Assembly (NCBI GenBank): GCA_965217115.1 | Contig: OZ244239.1 | Location: 1,216,001 to 1,280,000, forward strand | Source of the DNA: Bdellovibrionales bacterium | GTDB taxonomy: Bacteria; Bdellovibrionota; Bdellovibrionia; Bdellovibrionales; CAYMLA01 | Length of the DNA: 64,000 nucleotides | Direction: 5' to 3' | Shown: one piece after another, positions 30,975 to 40,996 of the stretch | How the letters are laid out: the number at the start of each line of letters is the position of its first letter | How positions within the stretch are numbered: position 1 is the first letter of the stretch | Position numbers and translations under genes: made by a program | Notes under the pieces: model-generated | Told to the model about the DNA's origin: nothing | Seen by the model: only the letters and a program-made list of their open reading frames with translations | Database searches by the model: none

Positions 30975-31751
30975 TTGAGAATTTATGTCTGTATTAAGCA
31001 AGTTCCTGACACAGAGACAAAAATAACAATTAATAACACAGACAGTGGTATTAGCGACAGTGGTGTAAAGTGGGTTATGAACCCCTACGACGAACTTGCT
31101 GTGGAAGAGGCAATTCATCTTAAAAGCCGTCACGAGGGGGCCGTTGTTACGATCATTAGCTTAGGCCCTAAGAAAAGGCTTGTTGATGTTTGCCGCACAG
31201 CTTTAGCCATGGGAGCTGATGATGCTATTGTTGTCGACGCTCCAAACAACCTAGACAGCCACGCAACGGCCAAGGCGTTGGCGGCAGCTATAAGTGCTGA
31301 GGGCCCTTGCGATTTTATTTTCACTGGAAAACTTGCCATAGACAACAACAACTCTTGTGTCAGCCAAATGGTTGCAGAGTTTCTGGGGCTTCCCCATGCA
31401 ACGGTTGTTAGCAAGTTTGAAGAACTTGACGGAAAATCCGTTGTCGAAAGAGAGGTTGAAGGCGGCGCTAAGGAAATTCTTGAACTTCATGGCCCCTCCG
31501 TTGTCGGCGCAAACAAGGGCCTCAACTCTCCTCGTTACCCTAGTTTACCTGGAATTATGAAAGCAAAAAAGAAGCCTCTTAAGGAGATCGAGCTCTCAGC
31601 CCTTGGCGTTGACGAATCCCAACAAAAAACAAGACTCAGCGGCTACCAGCTCCCCCCTGAAAAACCTCCTGTTAAAATAATTTCTGGAGACGCAGACACC
31701 CAGGCACAACAGCTTGCCTCCCTTCTTCGCAATGAAGCTAAGGTTATTTAA
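30975..31751 (+). CDS. etfB: Electron transfer flavoprotein beta subunit
   Basis: VCIKQVPD, MNPYDELAVEEA, ALAMGAD, PRYPSLPGIMKAKKKP; TTG start. Confidence 0.96.
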   Translation: MRIYVCIKQVPDTETKITINNTDSGISDSGVKWVMNPYDELAVEEAIHLKSRHEGAVVTIISLGPKKRLVDVCRTALAMGADDAIVVDAPNNLDSHATAKALAAAISAEGPCDFIFTGKLAIDNNNSCVSQMVAEFLGLPHATVVSKFEELDGKSVVEREVEGGAKEILELHGPSVVGANKGLNSPRYPSLPGIMKAKKKPLKEIELSALGVDESQQKTRLSGYQLPPEKPPVKIISGDADTQAQQLASLLRNEAKVI

Positions 31752-31760
31752 GGATTTTAT

Positions 31761-32717
31761 ATGGGAAAAATTTTAATCTTTGCAGAACACGATCAAGGGA
31801 ACCTTAAAAGAGGGACCTTAGAGTTGCTCACCTCTGCCAGAAGCTCAAAGCACGAAATACACGCTGCTGTTCTTGGCTCTCAAGCAGACGATCTCATCGG
31901 TGAGCTTGAAAAAAATGGAACCACCCACGTCCATCTTTGCCCCTCGACTCATTTAGATAAATACAATCCCGAATCGTTCACCCAAGCCCTTGAACAAATT
32001 CTGACAGCCATTCAGCCTCAATTTGTTTTTGCCTCTGCCTCAATGCTTGCTCGAGATCTTTTCCCACGAGTGAGCGCCCGTGTCGACGGAGGAATTGCTT
32101 CAGACTGCACAGAGTTAAAGATTGATGGGGACAGCTTTGTTGTTCGAAAACCTCTCTACGCAGGAAGATGCTCAGCACAAGTTGATTTTAAGAGTGACAC
32201 TAAATTTATCCTTATGCGCCCCAACCAATTGCCCGTCGAAGAGAGTTCTGGTGGAACTGCTCAGATTCACCGTTACGATCTCCCTCCATGCAATCTAAAA
32301 ACTCTTCTGCGAGACATCGTTAAAGGAACCTCTGAAAAACTCGACCTCACCGAAGCCAATGTTATTGTCTCTGGCGGACGGGGGCTGAAAGAAGCGATCC
32401 ATTTTAAACTCTTAGAAGACTTGGCCGAAACCCTTGGAGCCACCGTTGGTGCCTCTCGTGCCGTTGTTGACTCTGGGTGGGTACCCCACTCCATGCAAGT
32501 CGGGCAGACAGGAAAAACGGTCGCCCCCTCTCTATATATCGCTGTAGGAATTTCAGGGGCCATTCAACATCTTGCTGGAATGAACGGGAGCAAGGTTGTT
32601 GTTGCCATTAACAACGATCCGCAGGCACCTATTTTTCAAAAATCAACTTACGGTGTTGTCGGTGATCTCTTTGAGGTTATCCCCGCTTTAAATGATGAAT
32701 TTAAAAAAATACTTTAG
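31761..32717 (+). CDS. etfA: Electron transfer flavoprotein alpha subunit
   Basis: IVSGGRG, GASRAVVD, QVGQTGK, GISGAIQHLAGM. Confidence 0.96.
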   Translation: MGKILIFAEHDQGNLKRGTLELLTSARSSKHEIHAAVLGSQADDLIGELEKNGTTHVHLCPSTHLDKYNPESFTQALEQILTAIQPQFVFASASMLARDLFPRVSARVDGGIASDCTELKIDGDSFVVRKPLYAGRCSAQVDFKSDTKFILMRPNQLPVEESSGGTAQIHRYDLPPCNLKTLLRDIVKGTSEKLDLTEANVIVSGGRGLKEAIHFKLLEDLAETLGATVGASRAVVDSGWVPHSMQVGQTGKTVAPSLYIAVGISGAIQHLAGMNGSKVVVAINNDPQAPIFQKSTYGVVGDLFEVIPALNDEFKKIL

Positions 32718-33366
32718 ACGACATTTTTTTCCCTTCCTTGTTTATTGGCTCTATCGTCTCTGGTCCTTTTCTTGGAGGATTCACCTCGATGAACCCCCTG
32801 AAATGCAAAAAGCTCTTAAAAATAACCAACCCTTTATTTTGGCCCATTGGCATGGAGATGAGTTGGCTCTTCTTGTTTTAGCCAAACGCTATCGGATTGC
32901 AACGATGACTTCCACCTCCCAAGACGGAGAGCTTATGAACTATGTTCTAAAAAAACTCGGAGCTAAAACCTCCCGTGGGTCCTCTACTCGCGGCAGTATC
33001 TCCGCCTTGAGAGGACTTTTGAATTTAATGAAAAAAGGAAATAACGGCAGTATGGCCGTCGATGGCCCAAAGGGTCCTCTGCACAAAGTAAAACCTGGCG
33101 TCTTCGAGCTTTCACGACTGACAAAGGCCCCTATCTTTGCTGGAGGCGTCTCTTGTAGCAACGCTCTTGTTTTCAAAAATGCATGGAATAAAGCCAGGTT
33201 ACCTATGCCTTTTTCTAAAATTGTTGTTAAATGGGCCGAGCCTATTGCCTTTATTGATAAAACCCAAGACCTTCGATCAAGACAGCTCGCCTTAAAACTC
33301 GAAGAATCGATTCATACCGCACGCCAGCAAGCTCTTAATTTAATTGTGAAAGAGGGGGGCCGATGA
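32692..33366 (+). CDS. DUF374 / lysophospholipid acyltransferase family protein
   Basis: AHWHG, S.DGE, RGSS.RG, DGPKGP, WNKARLPMPFS. Confidence 0.85.
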   Translation: MMNLKKYFRRHFFPFLVYWLYRLWSFSWRIHLDEPPEMQKALKNNQPFILAHWHGDELALLVLAKRYRIATMTSTSQDGELMNYVLKKLGAKTSRGSSTRGSISALRGLLNLMKKGNNGSMAVDGPKGPLHKVKPGVFELSRLTKAPIFAGGVSCSNALVFKNAWNKARLPMPFSKIVVKWAEPIAFIDKTQDLRSRQLALKLEESIHTARQQALNLIVKEGGR

Positions 33367-33432
33367 TAAATTTTTACATGGCATGTCGAGGTTTTCGCCA
33401 AAGCCTATTTTAAGTTTGATTAAGGAGTCACT

Positions 33433-34254
33433 ATGACCGCAGCTCAGAAGTTTTCTTACATCCTATGTCTTTTGTTTCTTATTAACCCAGCTTTGGCTGC
33501 CAAAAAAAACTCCGTCGTTGCCGTTGTTGGCAAAGAAAAAATCACTCGAGGAGAATTTGATCGGCGATACAAGGAAGTTCAAGAAAAAACAGTGAATCCT
33601 CCAAGTAAAAAAGTATTTCTTCAAGACATCATTCAATACAAAATGGGCGTACAGGAGGCTAAACGACGTAAGCTAACCAGCGACCCCGTTTTAAAAGAGC
33701 GTGTTAACCAAGAACTCTATAAAATCCTCGTTGAGAGAGGGATTACAAGCCAAGTAAATAGTATCCGCATAAAAAAAAGAGAAATGAAGTCTTGGTATAA
33801 AAAAAGCCCTAACATCCGCACAAGTCATATTCTTATTGAGCTAAAGCCTAATTCAACTCCAAAACAAATAAAACAGGTTAGAGCCCGGGCAATAGAAATC
33901 TTAAATGAAGTTAAAAAAAGCAAACGTCCTTTTTCCGAATTGGTAAAACTATACACAGACGACTCTCTTAGCCGAAGAGTTGGTGGAGACCTCGGTTTTC
34001 AGAATAGCCAAACCCTAGACTCTAAGTACTATCTCGCGGCCCTAAAGTTGAAAAAAAACCAGATCAAAGGGCTTGTTCAAACAAAATATGGCTTTCATAT
34101 TATTAAATTTACAAATAAACAAAGCTACAAAAAGGCAAGCAAAAGAGCTATCCGAGCTTATATTTTTGAAGAGAAAAAGAGACGTGTTTTTAAAAAGTTT
34201 TTTGCTAAACTTAAAAAAAAATATCCTGTTAAAATTATTAAGAAAAACTTATGA
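33433..34254 (+). CDS. Exported parvulin (PpiC-type) peptidyl-prolyl isomerase
   Basis: Signal peptide; SHILI, GGDLGF, TKYGFHIIK. Confidence 0.88.
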   Translation: MTAAQKFSYILCLLFLINPALAAKKNSVVAVVGKEKITRGEFDRRYKEVQEKTVNPPSKKVFLQDIIQYKMGVQEAKRRKLTSDPVLKERVNQELYKILVERGITSQVNSIRIKKREMKSWYKKSPNIRTSHILIELKPNSTPKQIKQVRARAIEILNEVKKSKRPFSELVKLYTDDSLSRRVGGDLGFQNSQTLDSKYYLAALKLKKNQIKGLVQTKYGFHIIKFTNKQSYKKASKRAIRAYIFEEKKRRVFKKFFAKLKKKYPVKIIKKNL

Positions 34255-35234
34255 ACAGAATAAATTTCCGCCCTTTAAAAAACCTCGCTATAGCGGGGTT
34301 TTTTCTTCTAATTTTACCTTCTTGCAATTCCCCTGAATCTTTAAAAAAAATGGTTGTTTTAAAAATTAACAACGACACCGTGACTGCCGAAGAATTCTCC
34401 CTCTCATTGGCAAAAGAGCTACAGAAACAGGAAGCTGCCTTCATAAAAGACCCTTTGACTATCCAGAGAATAAAGACTCAACTCACAAAAAAACTCACCC
34501 TCAAGAAAATAACTCAGCAATGGGCCAAAGCACACGGAATTACAGTCAGTCAAGCCTCCTTAGAAGAAGAAACAACCAAGATTCGCTCTCAATACCCCAG
34601 TGATATTGAATTTCGAAAAAACCTTGCCACTGGGAACACCTCTTTTAAAGAGTGGCAAAAGGGGCTTCGCTTCGCTCTCCTTGAAAAAAAAGTCGCTTTT
34701 GAATTAAAAAAAAACCTCTCCCCCGTTACCGATAGAGAGAGGCGCATTTTCTACAAAGAGCACCGCTTTCTCTTCTTGCTGCCCGACAGGCTTCTGTTAA
34801 GGCAAATTGTTCTCAATAAAAAAAATTCTGCAGAGAGAATCTACAGAGAGCTTCGATCCCGCAAATCAAAGACAACATTCAAAGAGCTTGCAAAAAAATA
34901 CTCTGTCTCTCCTGAGGCCAGGGAGGAGGGGCTTGTGGGGTGGATCGAGAAGCCCACCCTGCCTATATTTGACAAGACTTTTTCTTTGCCCCTTGGCCGA
35001 ATTAGTAAAATTTATAAAAGCGATTACGGATTTCATATTTTTAAAGTTGAGAAAAAGCAAAAAGCCCGTTATATTCCTTATCAAGAGGCTAAAGAGCGCA
35101 TAAGAAAACGCCTTCTTTCTCAACGAGAACAGGCTCATTATCTGTTTTGGTTAGAAAAACAAATTCATCGGTCAAAAATTTATAAAAATGACTCTTTGAT
35201 TGATAAACTAAAAGTTAGCTTAAAAGGTAGTTAA
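34251..35234 (+). CDS. Parvulin-type PPIase lipoprotein (SurA/PrsA-like)
   Basis: Lipobox LPSC; FKELAKKYS, GLVGW, SDYGFHIFK. Confidence 0.85.
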   Translation: MNRINFRPLKNLAIAGFFLLILPSCNSPESLKKMVVLKINNDTVTAEEFSLSLAKELQKQEAAFIKDPLTIQRIKTQLTKKLTLKKITQQWAKAHGITVSQASLEEETTKIRSQYPSDIEFRKNLATGNTSFKEWQKGLRFALLEKKVAFELKKNLSPVTDRERRIFYKEHRFLFLLPDRLLLRQIVLNKKNSAERIYRELRSRKSKTTFKELAKKYSVSPEAREEGLVGWIEKPTLPIFDKTFSLPLGRISKIYKSDYGFHIFKVEKKQKARYIPYQEAKERIRKRLLSQREQAHYLFWLEKQIHRSKIYKNDSLIDKLKVSLKGS

Positions 35235-35236
35235 AA

Positions 35237-36190
35237 ATGAAGGTTTTCTTGTCTATTCTGCTGTTTTTTCCACTATTGGCTCACTCCGCCCGTGTTGTCG
35301 ACCGTATTATGGCCATTGTTAACGACGAAATTATCACTCTTTCTGATTTTCAAGCGTTTCGCAATAAAATTAAAAACAAAAAACCTCTTGATGATATTTT
35401 GTTTTTTAACAAAAAGCCTCGGTTTTTTCTTAATAAGAAGAGCGAACTTTTAAATCTCCTCGTTAACGAGAGTATCTTGGAATCTGAAATTAAAAAAAAT
35501 TCTCTTCAAGTAACTCAACAACAGGTTGCTGGTGAAATTCGTCGAATTGCCAAAAACTACGGTATTTCACAAGAACAATTAGTTAAGGAATTAAAAAAAG
35601 ACGGTCAAAGTTTTTCTGAATACAAGGCCTTTATTAAAACCCGCATGGAGAGGCAGAGGCTCGTTGGACAGGCCATTACTTCAAAAATTAAAATCACTGA
35701 TGACGAAGTTCTTCAATACTATCTTAAACAAAATTCTTCAGCAAAAGAGCAGGTCTTTGAATACACGCTCTCCCATATTTTTTTCTCTCCGAACAAGAGC
35801 GGGGGTCACGATGCTGCTATTGAGAGAGCTAGTCGGGTTTTACGGAAACTTAAAGGCGGTGAAAACTTTGAGCTTGCAGCAAAAAAGCACAGCGAAGATC
35901 CTAATTTCAGCTCAGGGGGATATCTCGGCACAGCAAAAGCTGGAGAGTTTAATGCCTCTGTCTCCCGTTCTATTTCTAAACTCAAGCCTGGCCAATTTTC
36001 AAAAGTTGTTAAAACACCTGCTGGCTATTCAATTTTAAAAATTATTAAGATTCAGATCGCTGACGACCCAAAATTTGCTAAAGCCAAACCCCAAATTAGA
36101 GATCTTTTAACTCAAAAAGCCTTTAAAAAACAATTTTATTTATGGATAAAAGAAAAACGACGTCTCGCCTTTATTAGGTTCAACAAATAA
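35237..36190 (+). CDS. surA: SurA-like periplasmic chaperone/PPIase
   Basis: VVDRIMAIVNDEIITLS N-domain, SHIF, FELAAKKHSED, GGYLG; directly upstream of pdxA. Confidence 0.8.
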   Translation: MKVFLSILLFFPLLAHSARVVDRIMAIVNDEIITLSDFQAFRNKIKNKKPLDDILFFNKKPRFFLNKKSELLNLLVNESILESEIKKNSLQVTQQQVAGEIRRIAKNYGISQEQLVKELKKDGQSFSEYKAFIKTRMERQRLVGQAITSKIKITDDEVLQYYLKQNSSAKEQVFEYTLSHIFFSPNKSGGHDAAIERASRVLRKLKGGENFELAAKKHSEDPNFSSGGYLGTAKAGEFNASVSRSISKLKPGQFSKVVKTPAGYSILKIIKIQIADDPKFAKAKPQIRDLLTQKAFKKQFYLWIKEKRRLAFIRFNK

Positions 36191-37194
36191 TGCTCAAACC
36201 CCTTCGCATCTCCCTTACAACAGGTGATGTTGATGGGATTGGCTTAGAAGTCACCTCAAAATCTCTTGCTAAAATAAAGCCTCTCCGCGGAGTTCATTTT
36301 TATATCTGGCGAAATCCGAGGTGTGACAAACGATATCTTCGGCTTATTGATTCTCAGTTTAAAAGAAAGACCGTTAACACTTGGTACGAAGCTTTGAACA
36401 CGCCCCATGAGTCTTATAAGTGGATCATCGATATAAGTACTCAACAGCCCCCTGCTAAGTGGGTCGAAGAATCCTCTCTGGCAGGGGCTTTTGGGCATAT
36501 AGACGGAATAGCTACGGCTCCTTTATCAAAAACATCCATTATAAAAGCAGGAATGAAAGACCTTGGCCATACTGATATTTTAAAGCGCATTACTAAAACA
36601 AAAGAACTCTATATGGGTTTTCTCGGTTCCAAATTTAATATTCTTCTGGCAACAGGCCATCTTCCCATAGAAAATATTACCCAGTCTATAAATAGCAAAT
36701 CTATCGAAAAATCTATTCTTGCTGCCAATCAGCTAAGACAAATTCTTCCCAAAAAATTTATCCACAGGCCCCTTGCTCTGCTTGGATTAAATCCCCACTC
36801 TGGAGAAAATGGACTTATCGGCTCTCAAGAAAAAAAATACTATGAAAAGGCCCTAAAAAGTGTCCGTGAGAAAAAAATTAACATCTCCGATATCCTTGTT
36901 CCTGATTGCGCTTTTTTTGAAAAAAATTGGCGTAAGTTTTCTGTTTATATTTGTTCCTATCATGATCAGGGCCTTATTCCATTTAAGATGGTTCATGGCC
37001 AAGATGCTGGCGCTCAAATTACAATGGGCTTAAAATTTATTAGAACAAGTGTCGACCACGGCACGGCAAAAGATATTTTTGGTAAAAACAAGGCTAACCC
37101 CTCCTCTATGATTGAGGCTATACTGCTTTGTACAAAACTTTGCCAAGTCTCTAATAGAGAAGGGACTGTTTTAACTAAAATAACTAAGGACTAA
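36190..37194 (+). CDS. pdxA: 4-hydroxythreonine-4-phosphate dehydrogenase
   Basis: GDVDGIGLE, TAPLSK, GHT, GLNPHSGE, YHDQGL, RTSVDHGTA. Confidence 0.93.
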   Translation: MLKPLRISLTTGDVDGIGLEVTSKSLAKIKPLRGVHFYIWRNPRCDKRYLRLIDSQFKRKTVNTWYEALNTPHESYKWIIDISTQQPPAKWVEESSLAGAFGHIDGIATAPLSKTSIIKAGMKDLGHTDILKRITKTKELYMGFLGSKFNILLATGHLPIENITQSINSKSIEKSILAANQLRQILPKKFIHRPLALLGLNPHSGENGLIGSQEKKYYEKALKSVREKKINISDILVPDCAFFEKNWRKFSVYICSYHDQGLIPFKMVHGQDAGAQITMGLKFIRTSVDHGTAKDIFGKNKANPSSMIEAILLCTKLCQVSNREGTVLTKITKD

Positions 37195-37197
37195 CAT

Positions 37198-38565
37198 ATG
37201 ATGAACCCCGTTATTTTCAGAGAATATGATATTCGTGGTGTTTACCAAAGAGACTACGATCTTAAGTTTGTCGAAGACCTGGGAAAGGCCTACATTCAAC
37301 TCTTTTTAAAAAAAACGGGAAAAAAAAACCCCACAATAACATTAGGGTATGATGCCCGTCTCTCCAGCCTTGAAATTGAAAAAGCTCTTACCAGAGGAAT
37401 TACAAAGAGCGGTGGCCATGTTATTCACCTGGGACTAATTACGACACCAATCTCTTATTTTAGCACTTTTGATATGGACAATGTGGACGGGGCAATCATC
37501 GTCACAGGCAGTCACAACCCCCCCGAATACAACGGCTTTAAAATCTCTGTTGGCAAGAGCACTATTTTTGGTGAAGACATACAGACTTTAATGGCAATTG
37601 TTGAAAAAAAAGACTTCTTGTCTGGAATCGGGACAGAAGAGACTTTTAATATTTTTCCTCAATATCTCTCTAAATACACCCAAGAATTTAAAAATCTTAA
37701 AAAAATAAAGGTTGTTTTAGATCTCGGGAACGGGGCTGCTGGTTGTATCGCTCGATCTCTTTATGAAGGCTGTGGCTTAAGCCCTGTGATTATATTTGAA
37801 AAACCCGACGGTACCTTTCCAAACCATCATCCAGATCCGACGGTAGAAGAAAACCTTGAGGCTCTTAAAGAAAAAGTCACCGAAGTCGGGGCTGAATTAG
37901 GTATCGGATTTGATGGAGATTCTGACCGCATTGGTCTTGTTGACAAAAATGGTTCGATGGTTATGGGCGATGAAATTATTTATCTTTTTGCTAAAAATAT
38001 TTTGAAAAAAAATCCAAATTCAAAAATTATCGGTGATGTTAAGTGTTCTGATAGAATGTATAAAGCTATTAATAGGTCTGGCGGTAAAGCTATCATGTGG
38101 AAAACAGGGCATAGTCTCATTAAAGAAAAAATAAAATTAGAAAAGGCGCCTTTTGGTGGGGAATTAAGCGGACATATTTTCTTCTCTGATCGAAACTATG
38201 GTTATGACGATGCCCTCTATGCTGGTTTACGTATGATCGAAATCATCTCAGAAACAGGACTATCTATCAAAGAAATGCTCGCCGATATGGGACACGGCTA
38301 TAGCACCCCTGAAATTCGTATTAATACAACAGAAGAAAAGAAGGTCTCTATTGTTGAAAAAATAAGAGATATCTACACCAAAGATCAGAGTGGTATAGAG
38401 GTTAATCAAATTGACGGTGTTCGCATTAGTTATAAAGATGGCTGGGCCCTAGCTCGTTCCTCTAATACCCAGCCAGTTTTGGTCTTGCGTTTTGAATCAG
38501 AGACACAAGAGGGTTTGAACCGTATACAAACCGAGATTAACAATATCGTCAACCCTCTGCTCTAA
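37198..38565 (+). CDS. Phosphomannomutase/phosphoglucomutase
   Basis: FREYDIRG, TGSHNP, FDGDSDR, GELSGH, RSSNTQP. Confidence 0.93.
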   Translation: MMNPVIFREYDIRGVYQRDYDLKFVEDLGKAYIQLFLKKTGKKNPTITLGYDARLSSLEIEKALTRGITKSGGHVIHLGLITTPISYFSTFDMDNVDGAIIVTGSHNPPEYNGFKISVGKSTIFGEDIQTLMAIVEKKDFLSGIGTEETFNIFPQYLSKYTQEFKNLKKIKVVLDLGNGAAGCIARSLYEGCGLSPVIIFEKPDGTFPNHHPDPTVEENLEALKEKVTEVGAELGIGFDGDSDRIGLVDKNGSMVMGDEIIYLFAKNILKKNPNSKIIGDVKCSDRMYKAINRSGGKAIMWKTGHSLIKEKIKLEKAPFGGELSGHIFFSDRNYGYDDALYAGLRMIEIISETGLSIKEMLADMGHGYSTPEIRINTTEEKKVSIVEKIRDIYTKDQSGIEVNQIDGVRISYKDGWALARSSNTQPVLVLRFESETQEGLNRIQTEINNIVNPLL

Positions 38566-38579
38566 ACTTGCGCTCTAAA

Positions 38580-38885
38580 CTAGATTTTTCCAACTAATTG
38601 GAAAGCAATAACAAATGCGTAGATCACCAGAGATTCAATCAAAGCAAGACCGATAATCATTGGCACAAAAATCTTCGGTTGTGCCGCTGGATTTCGAGCA
38701 ATTCCTTCCAAGGCGGCGGCAGCCACTTTTCCCTGTCCTAAACCACCGCCAATGGCAGCAATACCTATCGCGAGGCCTGCGGCTAAGCCAATAAGGCCTG
38801 ATGCTTCTGGAGAACCCCCCTCTGCAGCGAAGGCAGGAGCTGAAATTAAAACCGTAGTGACTGCTAACATTGCTTTGTTAAACAT
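38580..38885 (-). CDS. atpE: ATP synthase Fo subunit c with N-terminal signal-like extension
   Basis: GGGLGQG, IARNP loop, LALIESLVIY. Confidence 0.95.
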   Translation of the reverse strand: MFNKAMLAVTTVLISAPAFAAEGGSPEASGLIGLAAGLAIGIAAIGGGLGQGKVAAAALEGIARNPAAQPKIFVPMIIGLALIESLVIYAFVIAFQLVGKI

Positions 38886-38901
38886 TGTGAATCTCCCTTA
38901 A

Positions 38902-39600
38902 CTAGTGATCGTGTGATGTCGCCATCGCCACATAAACCATTGATAATAAAGTAAAAACAAATGCCTGCACAATACAGACAAATAAACCCAAACCATAAAA
39001 AATAACCGGAATTCCTATTGGCACTAAATCTAAAAAAATTCCTAAAACGGTGTGATCTCCAGACATGTTTCCAGCCAAGCGAAGTCCTAAACTCATTGGT
39101 CGGACAATATGAGAAATCAATTCAATTGGCAACATAATAGGCGCTAACAAAGCTAAAGGGCCAAGAAAGTGCTTTAAATAACCCACCCCGTGCTCTCTTA
39201 TTCCTTCAAAGTTATAGACGATAAATATAAACAAACCTATTGCCAGTGTTTTATTAATGTCTGCAGTTGCCGATGTCATTCCAGGGATAAGACCAAAGAC
39301 ATTGTTGACAAGAATATAGATAAAAACTGTTGCAAACAAAGGGACGTATTTGCGGCCATTAGGGCCGATGATCATGTCCGTTTGCGCTGCAATAAACTCA
39401 GTTAAAACCTCAAAAACACCACGAACTGAGAATCGACTGGCTGGCAAAAAAGTCCCCTCACCCGAGCCAAGTCTTTTTCTCGCTATGAATCCAAAAGTGA
39501 TTAAAGCTATCCCCACAAGCAAAGACGTCGCAACCCCAAGGTTGTCGTGATTGACTCCAATGCTATCTAAAAATAATAACCAACTAAAATGATGTTCCAC
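38902..39600 (-). CDS. atpB: ATP synthase Fo subunit a
   Basis: NNVFGLIPG, RPMSLGLRLAGNM, QAFVFTLLS. Confidence 0.96.
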   Translation of the reverse strand: MEHHFSWLLFLDSIGVNHDNLGVATSLLVGIALITFGFIARKRLGSGEGTFLPASRFSVRGVFEVLTEFIAAQTDMIIGPNGRKYVPLFATVFIYILVNNVFGLIPGMTSATADINKTLAIGLFIFIVYNFEGIREHGVGYLKHFLGPLALLAPIMLPIELISHIVRPMSLGLRLAGNMSGDHTVLGIFLDLVPIGIPVIFYGLGLFVCIVQAFVFTLLSMVYVAMATSHDH

Positions 39601-39611
39601 TCTATAAACCT

Positions 39612-39965
39612 CTAAATGGGGCCTTTAATCTTTCCTATATATCTAATAAAACCATAAAAAAGACAACTTATAACCAATGAGCCGACTCCAAAACCAAAAA
39701 ATAAGCCTTGAATCAAATTATTGCTTATCAATAAATAGATTCCCCAGCCTATTAATGCGTATTTAAATATAATAATATTTATAAAAAGCACAATTACTTT
39801 TTTATTTAAAATAAAATGATAGGCCAGACTCAAAAAGAGGATGTTCAGAGTAACAGCTAACCCCCCCGCAAAGAAAGACAGGCTTTTATGCGTTGTGTAA
39901 AAGCCCGCTACCAAGAGTCCCAACCCCCCTAATATGATCAAATGAAGTAAGATAAACTCTTTCAT
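39612..39965 (-). CDS. atpI: ATP synthase protein I-like membrane protein
   Basis: Four TM segments; directly upstream of atpB. Confidence 0.65.
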   Translation of the reverse strand: MKEFILLHLIILGGLGLLVAGFYTTHKSLSFFAGGLAVTLNILFLSLAYHFILNKKVIVLFINIIIFKYALIGWGIYLLISNNLIQGLFFGFGVGSLVISCLFYGFIRYIGKIKGPI

Positions 39966-39968
39966 CTC

Positions 39969-40178
39969 CTATTTTATGTCCTCTTCTCTGTCGGTTAATC
40001 TTTTTAATAGGATAACTAGGTGATAAAACCAAGAAATCAGGCCGAGGAAGATAAGAGAGATTAAGCCTATTCCGTTTAGCTCGTACTTCCTATCTAGCCA
40101 TGAACCAAAAAAAGCCATTGTTAAAACAATCCCAATTAATTCAACTCCAATACCGATAAATATGTAATATTTTCCCAC
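39969..40178 (-). CDS. AtpZ/AtpI-family two-TM protein
   Basis: GIGVEL...GSWLDRKY pattern; position in the Fo cluster. Confidence 0.75.
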   Translation of the reverse strand: MGKYYIFIGIGVELIGIVLTMAFFGSWLDRKYELNGIGLISLIFLGLISWFYHLVILLKRLTDREEDIK

Positions 40179-40996
40179 TATTTTTTAAACCTTTTGCCCT
40201 CTGGTAAATTCTTTTTTCTTTTAATAAGATTTTCAATTCGTATCTGGATGAGTTGAGGGTCCTCAGCTCTAACAATTTCTGATTTTAAAACCTCTATGGC
40301 TTTATCAAATTCTTTTAGCTCTTCGTAGGATGTGGCTACGACCATAAATATTTTTTCTTTGAAGGCTTTTACAGGGAACTTTTTAATAAGGGACAAAAAA
40401 ATCTCAATTGCTTTTTCTGTTTTCTTTTCAACAAGATAAATGTTCCCTAAAATCAGGTGGGCCTCAAACAAGAATGTCCCATTTTTCTCCTCTGCTATTG
40501 TCTTAATCTCTATTTTCGATTGATAAAATTTATTCAGGAAAAAATAGCTTCGAGCAATTTGTAACCGGTATATGTTTTTATCAATATTTTTTCCTCCTAT
40601 TTTGAGAAGCTGATTATAATACAAAATAGCTTGGTTGTAATTATTAAAAACAGAAAAATTTAATGTTGCTAATTGTCTCTGTGACATTGTTTTCTCTGTC
40701 TTGCTTTCTGAGTGGATAAGAAGAGTTTTATAGTATTTTTCAGCTATTTTAAATTTTTTTAGGTAGAAATAACAAATATCTGCTGCTCTTCGGATCGCTT
40801 TAAGCCCCCTTTTTGTTGGACCGAGCTTTTTAAAAACATTCTCATAGTGAAAAAGGGCTGTTTTAAAATTTTTAACTTCCTCAGCTGTTTGGGCTTTTTC
40901 CCAATCGATGTTAACAGGAGATTGACACGAAGAGAGACCAAAAATAAAAATAAAAAAGAACTTTTTAATCTTTTTTCTCTTCTCTAGAATCGTCAT
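40178..40996 (-). CDS. TPR-repeat lipoprotein
   Basis: Lipobox LSSC; repeated A..YY / LGNIY TPR-like helices; overlaps the gyrA end. Confidence 0.7.
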   Translation of the reverse strand: MTILEKRKKIKKFFFIFIFGLSSCQSPVNIDWEKAQTAEEVKNFKTALFHYENVFKKLGPTKRGLKAIRRAADICYFYLKKFKIAEKYYKTLLIHSESKTEKTMSQRQLATLNFSVFNNYNQAILYYNQLLKIGGKNIDKNIYRLQIARSYFFLNKFYQSKIEIKTIAEEKNGTFLFEAHLILGNIYLVEKKTEKAIEIFLSLIKKFPVKAFKEKIFMVVATSYEELKEFDKAIEVLKSEIVRAEDPQLIQIRIENLIKRKKNLPEGKRFKK

